Positions 11,092 to 23,344 of a DNA stretch of 38,871 nt are shown piece by piece. The translations under genes were made by a program, and so were the position numbers. The stretch comes from Octopus bimaculoides. Taxonomy: Eukaryota. The notes beneath the pieces were generated by a model. That model was given only the letters and a program-made list of their open reading frames with translations. It did no database searches and was not told where the DNA came from. The stretch covers positions 13,688,732-13,727,602 of the forward strand of contig NC_069007.1 in the NCBI RefSeq assembly GCF_001194135.2, written 5' to 3'. The first letter of the stretch is position 1, and every line of letters begins with the position of its first letter.

Positions 11092-12780
11092 ACAAATTGG
11101 TTGGCAAAGAGACAACTAGTAATAAAAGATATCAAACAAAGACGCTGACCCAAATGCCAAAGGAATATTATCCATTACATCGGCTAGAGAACTTTTGGTA
11201 GGGAGGGGTTATTTTTCACTGACCTTCGCCTCTAACATCAAGAGAGGACATGAAGAAGAACAAACCCCTGTAGGAATTGGTGAACTAAAATACTTTATCT
11301 CATCCTTGTGCCTAAAATAGCTTTAAATTGGCTGCTTTTNNNNNNNNNNNNNNNNNNNNNNNNNNNNNNNNNNNNNNNNNNNNNNNNNNNNNNNNNNNNN
11401 NNNNNNNNNNNNNNNNNNNNNNNNNNNNNNNNNNNNNNNNNNNNNNNNNNNNNNNNNNNNNNNNNNNNNNNNNNNNNNNNNNNNNNNNNNNNNNNNNNNN
11501 NNNNNNNNNNNNNNNNNNNNNNNNNNNNNNNNNNNNNNNNNNNNNNNNNNNNNNNNNNNNNNNNNNNNNNNNNNNNNNNNNNNNNNNNNNNNNNNNNNNN
11601 NNNNNTGTGTGTGTGTGTGTGTTTGCAGGGTGAGGGCAGAATTGGGGGGGGGGGTGACATATTTAAAACTCGATTCTGGCAAGTTGGGGCAATTTATCAA
11701 GGAAACAAAGATAACTTAAGCGGAAATCAATGAATTTGTAAAGAACTAGAAACGTAGCAGCAGGAGTGGTGCAATCAATTCAATCACCACCACCACCACC
11801 AATATATAACTGGTACTCAGCAGGATTTGGATCCCAATACCACTAGGTATTTTTTCGTGCAGCACTACCACCCAATACTTGAGAGGTACTATATTTCATT
11901 GACCCTCAAAGGATAAATGACAAAGCTGACCTCAGTGGGATTTGAACTCGGGATAGAGATGTAACAAAATACCACAAGGTATTTTGTCCAACACTAGATT
12001 CTTCAATCCCCACCCCCACACAATAATCATTGCTAACACTGACACAAGGTCAGACATTTTGGAGGAGGGGGGTGCTAGTTGGTAACACGGACCCCAGTAT
12101 TTGACTGGTACTTTAACAGCTCCTGGAAGGATGAATGACAAAACCAATGCTGGTAGAATTTGAACTCAGAAGGCCAAGGGATGCAACAAATACCAACAGT
12201 AAGGATTTTGCCAATCCACTACCCTAAGAATAATAATAATAATCCTTTCTATTATAGGCACAAAGCCTGAAATTCTGGGGGAGGGGACTAGCCGATTTCA
12301 TCGACCACAGTTTATCACTGGTACTTATTTCATTAACCCTGAAATGAAAGGATGATAAAGTCAGCCTTGGTGGAATCTGAACTGAGAATGTAAATAATAA
12401 TAATAATAATGTATATCTAAGGTAGAAGGTGAGAGGAGGGGGTATATTTAATCTCATTAATCATAACAAGTATGAACTTTATAAACCAACCCCACTGGAG
12501 GGAAATAAGACAGGTCAAGTCCACCTCGGCAGGATTTGAAATCACGTAAAATTGATTTGTGACACAGGCACAAGGCCTCAAAGTTGGGGGAGGGTTGTTT
12601 CCGATTAAATAGACTCCCGCCCCTCAACAACCCACCCAGCACTAAACTGGAGCTTTATTTTATCGGTCCCTCTCCCAAAGCCCTTCCCCAGGAAGAATGA
12701 AATGGGAAAGTTTCGGGGAGCTCTTTACAATGGGATTTCAACCTGGAACACATAGGATCAATCGAAACTGATTCTGCTAA
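7700..12780 (-). mobile_element. Cluster of about ten or more degenerate family-B-like SINE copies, same orientation
   Basis: Recurrent catcgaccccagta..actggtact...ggatgaaaggcaaagt.gacct.ggcaggatttgaactcagaa at ~7740, 8710, 8900, 9750, 10050, 10540, 11890, 12080, 12290, 12500 and 12600. Confidence 0.75.
11340..11605. other. Assembly gap (N)
   Basis: Direct. Other gaps: 14687-14696, 16575-16584, 18654-18881, 30803-30988, 35300-35429. Confidence 1.
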
Positions 12781-12859
12781 TTGGACTTGCAGAGCCATTT
12801 AAGAACTAATAGCAACAATAGTCTTACTTTTCTAATTAGTATTCAATAGTAGAGCTACT

Positions 12860-12904
<45 letters not shown>

Positions 12905-14585
12905 TTGATTGATTGATTGATTGGACGTAATCAAATACTTTTGTAAGATAAGCAGGTGAAGTCAAATAAGCTGCGAGATTGGGAGTGAGGGAGAAGAGAG
13001 GCAGTTAAGGTCATCGTTGTCATTTTAATTAATTAACAAACCAACCACCCTTATCCCATTCAGGTGGGGTGAGGGGGATGGAAAGATAAACAGATGTTGA
13101 CCCTACCCACGACAGCAGGGGTGGGGCATGGAGGTGGACAGGGTAAAATCAAAAACGACAACAGCAACAAATGAACGAAACGACATTCGACAAAACATTT
13201 CAATTCCACTGCTCTGCTACTTCACCCATACCCTGGGACCTGGTGGCTACACTAGTTGTAGTGGCACTAACTTATTACAATACTAATTAGCTGTAATAGT
13301 AGCCGTACTAACAAACCTATTTGATGGCATACAAGACATGTTTTTTTTCCCACCCACCCCAAAAAAAGAAAAAATTCACCCTGGACCCTATAAGCACTAA
13401 AAGCCTTTTTTTTTAATTAATTTCCTGAACAAGCGCTGCTGAAATTGTGATGTTGGGTGCATCTAATACCTCTGTGTGTTTGTTATGCCATCAAATATGG
13501 TAACTGTAAAAATAGCTATGATGGTTACAGTAAGCAGAAGCTGTATTGAACGCAGCATTTTCTAAAACTATGATGGTAACTAGCTAAACCATAGAAACAA
13601 AGTCTGGCTGATTCTGGGGGAGAGTGTGTGTGTGTGTGTGTGTATATGTGTGTGTGTCTACTGGTTAATCTACAACAGTTGGTATCAAAAGTGATTTAGT
13701 AGGGAGGTACAACAAGTATATACACAAAGAGTTACTTTGGATGTTAGTTCTATTTGAATTTATTGGTATTTGATTGTTTGATACAGTTAAACAAATTTGC
13801 TTAACGCCAAATGCTTTCTAGATATCTGCCTGGATTTATTAATCCCTTTTATTTTGATATATATATATATGTGAGTGTGAGTGTGTGTGTGTATATATAT
13901 GCAAGAAGAAAATGAAGGAAAAATAAGAGGAAGAAGTTGGTCGTTTGCGCTAGTAAGCCATTAATTTAATTAATTAATAAAGAACACTTTTCTTAATAGC
14001 GCAAATGACCAACTTCTTCCTCTTATTTTTCATCCATTTTCTTCTTGCATATAATTTAAACTATGGTTTACCTGCTGAATTATCTGCTACCATATACCTT
14101 TTACCAAGGACTGTAGCTACAGAGGTAATCACCAGTAGTGCCTTTGGATTTAACCATCCCTTAGAGGTTTTAAACACCTCTAACATGTGTGTGTGTGTGT
14201 GTGTGAGTATAAACTTTATGTACTTATTAATTTTGCAAAGAGAGGGAGACCTATCATGGCGAGAAGCGAACATTCCTTAGCATATATATATATAATGGGT
14301 ATTCTCATTTTGAACCAATATTATACAATACCCACCCACTCATCCACCTCTGAAAATATGAAAGAAAAAAATAGTTTTGTTAAAAAAAGAAAGTATAGAA
14401 AGAAATAGAAGGAACTCAAATCCCATCCCAGGGTAAAAATATATACTTTTTTTTTTTTTTTTCCAAAATTCAAGAACCTTGGAGGGATGAAACCAAAAGA
14501 TATTGGAAGGGCATTTAGTCAGTTTGATGCTCCTTTTACCGTTTCTGCCAATTCAACAACCCCATTTTCATTAATTAATTAATTA

Positions 14586-14627
<42 letters not shown>

Positions 14628-15167
14628 CAAGATGATTTTTTTGTTTTTTAGTTGATTATATAAACTGAAAAAAAAAAAAAAAAAAANNNNNNNNNNGATG
14701 ATTTTTTTGTTTTTTAGTTGATTATATAAACTGAAAAAAAAAAAAAATAAAATAAAAAATAAAGGAAAAATGGCTTTGCACCAAAAACTGCCAGGAAAAA
14801 TAAAATGTTTTTGTTTATGGTTACAGTGGACATGTACAGTCAGTTCTCAGTTCTTGAGGTTTTCTTTCAAAGTTTTGTTGTTGCTTGGATGGGTTTTTTT
14901 TTTTAAAGTTTTTTTTAATCTTTTTTTTTAAAGAGTCCTTGAACAGCCCATTTAAAAAAAAAAATAAATTAAAAAAAAAAAGGCCACTTTGGTCAAAAGT
15001 TTCTCTGTTTAAGCTGACTGCATCATTGATCATCTGAGCCACAGAAGTAAGGGAACAATTAGCTGAAAAGAGAAGATAAGAAACTAAAAACATAAGGAAT
15101 ATTTATTTCTGTAGAGTTATCCATCACTTACCAGATTCCCCAACAGAACAGTCAATATACAATACAG

Positions 15168-15744
15168 CAGTGCTTCACAACCATTTTTTTTATCTATGAA
15201 CCCTTTTGATTACTATTTTATTTTGGTGGACCCTAGCAGCTGTAAAGATTAGTTTTATACAGGCGTCTTTCAAAAATTCCTATTTTGTTTTTCACGCATT
15301 AACTTGTGTTGGTTGGACCATGTCAAATGGTAGGGGGAAAAAAAAAAGCCTCAGCTGTTTCTCGCATCAATACTTACATCTGAAGCAAAATTTTTTCAGG
15401 CACCCTTAAAATGCTATTGTAGATCCTCAACTTACTATTTTATTGCATGGACTCCCAAAAGTATATGGACCCTGACTGGGAACCACTGGTTTAAACGGTA
15501 AAGGGTTAAGAAAAAAAAAGAAAAGAAAATTTATTATTATTACAGTGTGAAAAACACATTCACTTGTGAAAGCTGAACTATGGAAGAAGCTAGAGAGAAA
15601 GAAACCTAGCTGTTTCCTGCAATAAATACATCAACAGCAAAATTTATCTAGGGGCTCTTCAAATACTGCTGTGGATCCCTAATTTATTATTTTGCTTGCA
15701 TGGACCTCCAAAAGTCTTATTAGGGCCCTGGTTGAGAAGCACTG
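15168..15744 (+). mobile_element. hAT (Charlie/MER5-like) MITE plus a second right-end fragment
   Basis: Left end CAGTGCTTCACAACC (15168); right ends GGGAACCACTG (to 15488) and GGTTGAGAAGCACTG (to 15744); internal ggaccc/ggatccc motifs repeated. TSD is only a weak match. Confidence 0.55.
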
Positions 15745-16059
15745 ACATACACTGTAAACCTTCAAAATTTCGTCACTAACTTTCCAAACACAACTGCATT
15801 TCACATGGAACTTTAGGCCTTCTAAAGTTGTCTTGGTGGATAAATCAACCAACCTTTTTTTTATTTATTTTTTATTCTGGTTGTAAATTTCAATTTGTCT
15901 ACCAGAAAACCTGGTATATATTCATACATACATTAAACGGGGTATGACAGGTATTTCAGAACACTCAATATATTACTTGCCTCAAACCAGTTAAAAGATT
16001 TTTATTTCTTTCTGATCACTAATAACAGAAAAAAAATGCCAAAGAAATGGAAAGATATG

Positions 16060-16488
16060 CTGCATGTATGTATGCATACATATACACACAATCATATACA
16101 TATATATTACACACAGTCATACATACATTAATATACAAACACACATTTATATAAACACACAAAAATATACATACACACACACACATGTATTGTATTGTAT
16201 TTCAGGACGGTCCTTTTTTTTTTTTGCCAAATAAACACACACACTCATTTATTACAGTTGTTATTCTAACCCATGTCCATTGTCCGGAAACCTTTCATCA
16301 CATGACACTTTCCATCCTCATATATGCTCCACTTAGTCCATTCTATACAGATACAGTCATCTACATACATACGTATATACACAGACACACACAATCACAT
16401 ACATACACACACATATATACACACACATATATACACACATACACACACACACATACACACACATATACACACACATATATACACACAC

Positions 16489-16519
<31 letters not shown>

Positions 16520-16808
16520 TACACACACACACATATACACACACACACATATACACACACACACATACACACACNNNNNNNNNNACACATATATACACAC
16601 ACATATATACACACACATATATATACACACATATATATACACACATATATACACATATATATACACATATATATACACATATATATACACATATATATAC
16701 ACATATATATACACACATATATATACACACATATATACACATATATATACACGTATATATACACACATATATATATATATATATATACACATACATACAT
16801 ACACACAC
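16060..16808. repeat. Compound (CA)/(TA)/(TACA) microsatellite with internal gap
   Basis: Direct; explains the H/T/Y/I and V/C/M/Y ORFs at 16185-16845. Confidence 0.95.
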
Positions 16809-17154
16809 TCAAGAAAGAGGAGTTAACTCCCTTAGTAAAGGGTAGGGTAAGTGAGAGTGAACACGAGAGGGAGTGTGTGATTATGAATGTGGGTTATAAA
16901 ACCTTGTGAATTATAATAAAACCTAAGTGAATTATAAAACCTTGTGATGTATCGAAAGAAAACCAATGTCGCAAAATGTTTATTTCTAATGACTAACAAA
17001 CTACTTTGGTTACTACACTGAATAGAAATAAAAGTTACTGGTCAACTTCCATTTGGTCAAACTTTATTTGATATCTGGTAGCAATATAGGATATTTTTTT
17101 CCCCCTTTTGAAGTTATACTCAGGTCAGCTTGTTAATCCCAGGGGAGATTTTAA

Positions 17155-17594
17155 CCCATTAGTGCCCAATTTTTTTTTATTAATCTATTACCAAAAGTCT
17201 TTTTTTATTCAACTTTATCTGATAGTAAATATATAAAAAACATTTTTATTACAATATTTGAAAGGCACTAAGGTGGCAGCTGGCAGAATCGTTAGCATGC
17301 CGGTCAAAAAACTTAGCAGTATTTCATCAGTCTTTACGTTCTGAGTTCAAATTCTACTGAGTTCGACTTTGCCTTTCATCCTTTCGAGGTCAATAAATTA
17401 AGTACCAGTTGTGTACTGGGGGCGATCTAATCGACTGGCCCCTCCCCCCAAATTTCGAGCCTTGTGCCTCGAGTAGAAAAGAATATTTGAAAGACACTCC
17501 AGTCTTGATGACTAACTAAAGATATCTCAGGTGTTGCAGAAATATGATGGATTATCTTTCTGGTCCTAAAAAAAGGACAATGGGCGCTAATGGG
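17155..17594 (+). mobile_element. TTAA-flanked piggyBac-like MITE carrying a nested SINE B
   Basis: TTAA|CCCATTAGTGCCCA ... TGGGCGCTAATGGG|TTAA (13/14 TIR match). Confidence 0.75.
17270..17481 (+). mobile_element. SINE family B
   Basis: A-box TGGCAGAATCG, B-box GAGTTCAAATT; 17-bp TSD aatatttgaaag(g/a)cact at 17253-17269 and 17482-17498. Confidence 0.9.
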
Positions 17595-17654
17595 TTAAGA
17601 GTAATTAATGGGTTAAGAGTAATTAACAATTATTTTTTTTTGTGTTGTTAGTCT

Positions 17655-18010
17655 TTTATTGGTTTTAGCCACGGAACTGTGGCCAAGATGAAGATCTCTT
17701 TGAAAGGTTTCAGTCAAATCAACCCCAGTATTTCCATTTTTTAAAATCTGGTTCTTATCCTCTACTTATTCTATCAGACTCCTTTATATAAACAAACCAA
17801 TGCCAGTTGCCATGCAAAAAGAGGGCAGGGTGAGAGACACACACACACACACACACACAGAGGCTTCCACACAGTTTCTGTCAACCAAATTTACTCACAA
17901 GGCATTAATCAGTCTAAGGTTATTATAGAAGACATCTGCCCCAGGTGCCACGCAATGGGACTGAACCAGATATCACATGGATGCTAAGTGAACAAGTTAA
18001 CCCACACAAC
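17655..18010 (-). mobile_element. Degenerate SINE family A
   Basis: Reverse-complement similarity to 6453-6843, including the internal (CA)n tract. Confidence 0.65.
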
Positions 18011-18496
18011 CATTCATTTCAGTTGTAAATTCCCAAAGGATGGGAAGGGGATCAAATCCTGCCGCACTCCTGCTATTTGACAGGTACTCAGAGTAGAACT
18101 TTTCAGTTTGGCACCTTAGAGCAGGTCAACCGTATTACGTGAAATCAGCCATGAGACATGGTTCATAATCAGGTAGGTCGTACTTGAAGTAATTTTTCAT
18201 TCAAGCGTGCCCTTTGGGTTGCCTATGACTATCTTAGGGCACTCCAACTGCTAGAAATAGAAACAAATTCCCTTTCAATCCATACTTTTTGAAGAGATGA
18301 AAAAAAAGAAACTTGAAGAGGTGTGGCATACAGGATAATGTAGCCTGAGAAATTATATGGAAAAATGGGATGGTCATGGTTGGAATCAGGACCTGTTACA
18401 GGTGGGAAAAATTCAACCCAAACAGCTATACCAGAGCTAGTGATTATCTGATATCCCCTTCACCCTTACAAAATAAAGAGGGGGTAAAAGGGTCAC

Positions 18497-18653
18497 CGAT
18501 AGGACGGTGGGGAGTGAGAGAGAGCAAGCGACAGGACGGTGGGGAGTGAGAGAGAGCAAGCGACAGGACGGAGGGGAGTGAGAGAGATCAAGCGACAGGA
18601 CGGAGGGGAGTGAGAGAGATCAAGCGACAGGACGGAGGGGGGGAGAGAGATCA
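18497..18653. repeat. 32-bp GC-rich minisatellite running into a gap
   Basis: Unit cgacaggacgg(t/a)ggggagtgagagaga(g/t)caag, about five copies with starts 32 bp apart. Confidence 0.92.
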
Positions 18654-18881
18654 NNNNNNNNNNNNNNNNNNNNNNNNNNNNNNNNNNNNNNNNNNNNNNN
18701 NNNNNNNNNNNNNNNNNNNNNNNNNNNNNNNNNNNNNNNNNNNNNNNNNNNNNNNNNNNNNNNNNNNNNNNNNNNNNNNNNNNNNNNNNNNNNNNNNNNN
18801 NNNNNNNNNNNNNNNNNNNNNNNNNNNNNNNNNNNNNNNNNNNNNNNNNNNNNNNNNNNNNNNNNNNNNNNNNNNNNNNNN

Positions 18882-18908
18882 GATGGGGTGATGGGGTGAT
18901 GGGGTGTG

Positions 18909-18964
<56 letters not shown>

Positions 18965-19165
18965 GGGGGTGAAGGAAGAAATGAAGATAGAGAGTAATGG
19001 CCAGGAGTGTCAGTAAGAGGTACTGAACAAAGGACAAGGGGGGAAGGAGGTAAGAGGGGAGAAGGAGGTAAGAGGGGGGAGTGAGAGAAAGAAGAGAACA
19101 GAAAGCAAATAGGAGGAGGATAAGAATGGGACAGAGAGGGAGGAGGAAGAGGTAGAAAAGGGAAA
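18882..19165. repeat. Purine-rich (GA)n low-complexity tract
   Basis: Direct. Confidence 0.9.
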
Positions 19166-19947
19166 GTGGGTGCTAACAAGTTAATTATAATAAATTGTTT
19201 ATTAAGTAATCTCTGTTTCTAAAGCCATTCTACTGATTGAAGAATCTGTAGACAGAAATGACCAGAAATTTGAAGGCCAGACTCCTGAAGCCTCAAATAA
19301 TTCATTTCCAGGTAATGTGTCTCCACAGAGACTACTGTGTGTTTCTGCAATAGAAACATTGGCTGGATTGGAATCTAATTTAAAACACTGGATGATAGTG
19401 AATTTAACGAGAACACTACTGTAATAAACAAACAAGATTTGAAGATGTCTAATTCTCTATTCTTCTTTTTGAAGTCTAGATTATATAACAAAAAATACTT
19501 CACGGATGAATTTTTTTTTTGTATTTTAATAATATCTTATGATTTAGTCCCATAAAAATATATGTAATGCTGAAACATATGTAACAATGCATTAATAAAA
19601 ACATAAAATCTCCATCCGTGTAGTATTCTCGTCATTAATATGTTTATCTTGTGCTACATGGAGAACTGCTTACATACTAATCTCATGCAGTTAACGCAGC
19701 ATGTTGGGAATAACCAGTAACAAGTAGCATAGGAGCTTTCATGAGTGCACTGGTAGACATCTGCCATATACAAAATACAAAGACACACACGATCACTGTT
19801 ATCATCATCATCATATGACTAATTTCACCAACTTACCAGAGCTAAATAGAGATCACAAAACCAGTAGAATATTTAGCCCAGATATGGCTGGTTCAAGTGT
19901 TGATCGGTTAAAACAGACAATAAAAAACGTTCAAGATAAGAAACCCA

Positions 19948-20250
19948 GTGGCTGTGTGGTAAGTAGCTTGCTTACCAACCACATGGTTCCAGGTTCAGTC
20001 CCATTGTGTGGCACCCTTGGCAAGTGTCTTCTACTAGAGCCTCGGGCCGACCAAATCCACTCCCATGTGTTTTTGTGTGTTTGTCCCCCACCACTGCTTG
20101 ACAACTGGTGTTGGTGTGTTTACATCCCTGTAACTTAGTGATAGAATAAGTACTAGGCCTACAAAAGAAACAAACACTCCCGGAGTCAATGTGTTCGACT
20201 AAAGCCTTTCAAGGCCCCAGCATGGCCACAGTCAAATGACTGAAATAAGC
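19948..20250 (+). mobile_element. SINE family A
   Basis: Same head and tail as 6453-6843 with an internal deletion. Confidence 0.85.
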
Positions 20251-20919
20251 TATGTATATAACTTTGAACAAAAAAGAGAGAGAAAAAACCCAAAATTCTC
20301 CATATCCTACATCACTTCATTGAAGGAGTTGGCCGGTTGCCTATAAAACCAGTAATAGGTTGGTCATCTACAAAATAATTGGTCCAAGCAGACAGGTAAA
20401 AAAAAAAAAAAAAAAAGATGTTTGTTAAAAGAAACTAATGAACACTAACAGAGTGCAGGTCATGATATGGAGGTGCAGGGGGAGGGGGTGATAGAATGCA
20501 GGTGTTAACGAGGTGCAAGTCATAAAAACATCAAGGAAGTGTCAGCCTTATTATGCACCGAGTGCACCAAAATGGTAGATAAAAACTCAATGGAAGAGCA
20601 TTCTAAGCTCTTATAGCAAATGAACGAGAAAGCAGGCACTGGAGAAAAGACCAAAGACATGACAGCTCCACTGATTCAATGGAAACGGTAAAGTTCCACT
20701 AACAAACAAATGGTGTTGGATTCTACTAAGAGTTGCTATTTAGATCTCAGATCAAACCTCACCAAGAAGACCTAACACTAAAGACACTCTAGACATGACC
20801 ATCCTATCTTGTTTCTATGTGCAGTGAATGCATAGTACATTATCCAATTGCAAAACAAAAAATTACACCCTTTCCCATTGATTTGGATTAACCACAGATT
20901 ATCTTGGAGGTTCTTGATT

Positions 20920-21330
20920 CCAATGGTGTGATAGTTTATTATTAGAATGACATTGTAGGGTAGGTGTGAGAGGTCAGATGTGGATGGCTTGAACATAAAA
21001 CAAGTAGAATATTTGGGCTGGATATGGCCAGTTTAAATACTGAAGTGTTAAACAGTAGGATCTGACTTGAGGGAGATTTAGCTACTATTTCTAGCAGGCC
21101 ATATAGTCATGTACAGGATTTCTTTAGTTCATTAAGCATTTTGCATTCAGATTACTGTGAAATGCCTATTTATTAAGTTTTGAATTAATCATACATTGCA
21201 TTGTAGCTTTGAGATTTCAATGATGTGACTTTATTTCTAGAGTAACATTGTAGGGTAGGTGTGAGAGGCCAGATCCGGCTGGTTTGAACATAAAATGGGC
21301 AGAACACAGCCAGTTTATGTATGAAAGGGT
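20920..21330 (-). mobile_element. Family C MITE fragments (two)
   Basis: Reverse complement of 1376-1591 (gacattgtagggtaggtgtgagagg..agat; ttaagcattttgcattcagattac). Confidence 0.7.
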
Positions 21331-21829
21331 TGACTGAGTAACAGTGAGAAAAATGGGACAGCAGTGGAAACACTGGCATAAAGTATGCACATTCTCATGT
21401 GTAAACACATGTGGATTGCCTTGAGTAATGACATGCATCGAGGTTCAAACCTACTGCACAGCACTTTGGACAAGGGTCTTCAAAGATCAACTAGCAGAGC
21501 CTCAGCTTGTCTCAAGAGAACAATTAGGCAGAGGAAAATTGCATTGGGGGAAAGTGGGAGATGCTCAGTCATTGTTGCCAACCATGGCCATCACTTCATA
21601 GATTGTTCCCTGCTATATCTGTTTTAGGTGTATGTAGTTATGAGCAGATACAGATGACCTCTCAGCCCACCCATCCTTGACCCGGGATGACATCAAGGGC
21701 ATGGCTCAACAGTTGCGAGCAGGCATCCTTTTGGTCTTCTCTCCTAATAGTGACCCCAGCAGAACATCCAGGATGAGATGGGGGGGGGGAGAAGAGGGAG
21801 GGGGAGCTGTATCAGTACTAGGATGGTAT

Positions 21830-21965
21830 TGATTTACAGCTGAGCAGACTGGCACAGTGTGAAATGAAAGGTTGAGCTCAGGGACACAAATGCTGCCAGA
21901 TCAGGAATAGAACCCACAACCTTTATGATGACCATGAACACTCATAAACTACTCGGCCATGTGCC
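21830..21965 (-). mobile_element. SINE family D head (tRNA-like)
   Basis: gtgaaatgaa...gctcagggacaca...caggaatagaacccacaacc...ggccatg; same family as 30605-30710 (+), 34456-34835, 36950-37070 and 38330-38445. Confidence 0.6.
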
Positions 21966-22629
21966 TTCACATAAACTATAATTTAAACTCTGAATCTAAA
22001 GACACTTTGATCTCGTTACTGAAAAATGAAGGACAAATTTCCTTAGATAAATCAAGAGAGAGATAATAGGATGGTCATGGCTGGAATGTCACAAGGAGTT
22101 TTGTCTAATCTCAGGAATAGGAAAAGCAAAAATAAAAGGTCAGAACCCTACATCATTAGGGGATTTTGTCCCCTGATCAGACAACAAAGGACGAGGTGAT
22201 TATTTAGCTATCACAACCTTAATGTTAATGGCTGGACTACACTGGTCAGTTGGCCCAGAACTTATTTTAACCTAAACAATGAAACACTCCATTTCAAAAT
22301 TCATATCCCTATCTTTGACAAAATCAGGCCTTTATCATCATTTAACATTCACATTCCATGCTGGAATAGGTTGGACAGTTTGACCAGATTTGGAGGTGTC
22401 CAAAAACTGCTTGTACCTTGGCATGGATTTTATGGTTGGATGCCCTTCCTATCAGCAACCACTTTACAGTGGGGACTACACAAATATAAACAAAGTTAAT
22501 TGCTTTCAATATAATTCCCATCTAATTAGATTTCATTAATTACGAAACTAAATACATTTAATTAATAGCAGAATATCTGAATGTTGCTTTGTCTTAGAAA
22601 ATGGCTATAAATGAGTTGGTATTATTCTT

Positions 22630-23050
22630 AACCCCTTTTGATACCAACCTGCCTGAGACCACTCCTGGTTCTAGGATACAAACTTCCTGTTTTAAATTGG
22701 TTTTAAAAAATTTTCCATTAAAGTTTCATGTTAATTTATGTTCTAAACATCACCTTAAAGATATTTTGCTAAATTTATTATTTTCAAAGTCCCTTGAAAC
22801 AAAAGCAGTTTATTTCATCAGCAATATGGTAACAAAGCGTTTACTCTTGATACCAACCTGATTAAGATGACTGCTGGTTCCATGATACAAACCTCCTGTT
22901 TTGAAGGAATCTAAATTAAAACCTACCATCAAAACCAAATGCTAATTTATGTCCCAAATGCCAAGACTATTTTATTAAATTCATTATTTCAAAAATTTAT
23001 TGAAACAATAGCAAGGTGTTTCAACAAAAATATGGCAACAAAACAGTTAA
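22630..23050 (+). repeat. Tandem pair of diverged ~210-bp units, probably a MITE-like repeat
   Basis: ttgataccaacctg...ggttc.a.gatacaaac.tcctgtttt...aatttatgt.c.aaa...ttgaaacaa.agca...aatatgg.aacaaa occurs twice; the first unit begins at TTAACCC. Confidence 0.7.
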
Positions 23051-23344
23051 TGAAGGTAGATTTCATTTATTAGAACCCTGCTGGATTTCTTTATCTTTCA
23101 GATAAGAATTGAAACCACGATCCAACAGTGTAGCAGTCCAGGATTGCTCTTCTAAATACATGCTCATTATATTTCAGAATTAGTGTAAAACAACACATCT
23201 AATTCAAGCATATTTTAATTAAGAACACATTAAGTAAATGTGAAAAACAGTTTTTATTTTATTTGAAACTATAACTGAAAATAATTTTTTTTTTAATACT
23301 CTTAAAATGCTTTAATTCTTAAAATTATTTTTTTAAAAATCAAA

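Noticed and set aside
11295-11733. ORFs crossing N runs (also 18493-19179, 30609-31099, 35152-35560)
   Set aside because: Open only because N codons are not read as stops.
14631-14748. Exact duplication on both sides of a 10-N gap
   Set aside because: Typical unmerged contig overlap at a poly(A) run; an assembly artefact.
16185-16845. Five long ORFs rich in H/T/Y/I or V/C/M
   Set aside because: Translations of a compound microsatellite spanning a gap.
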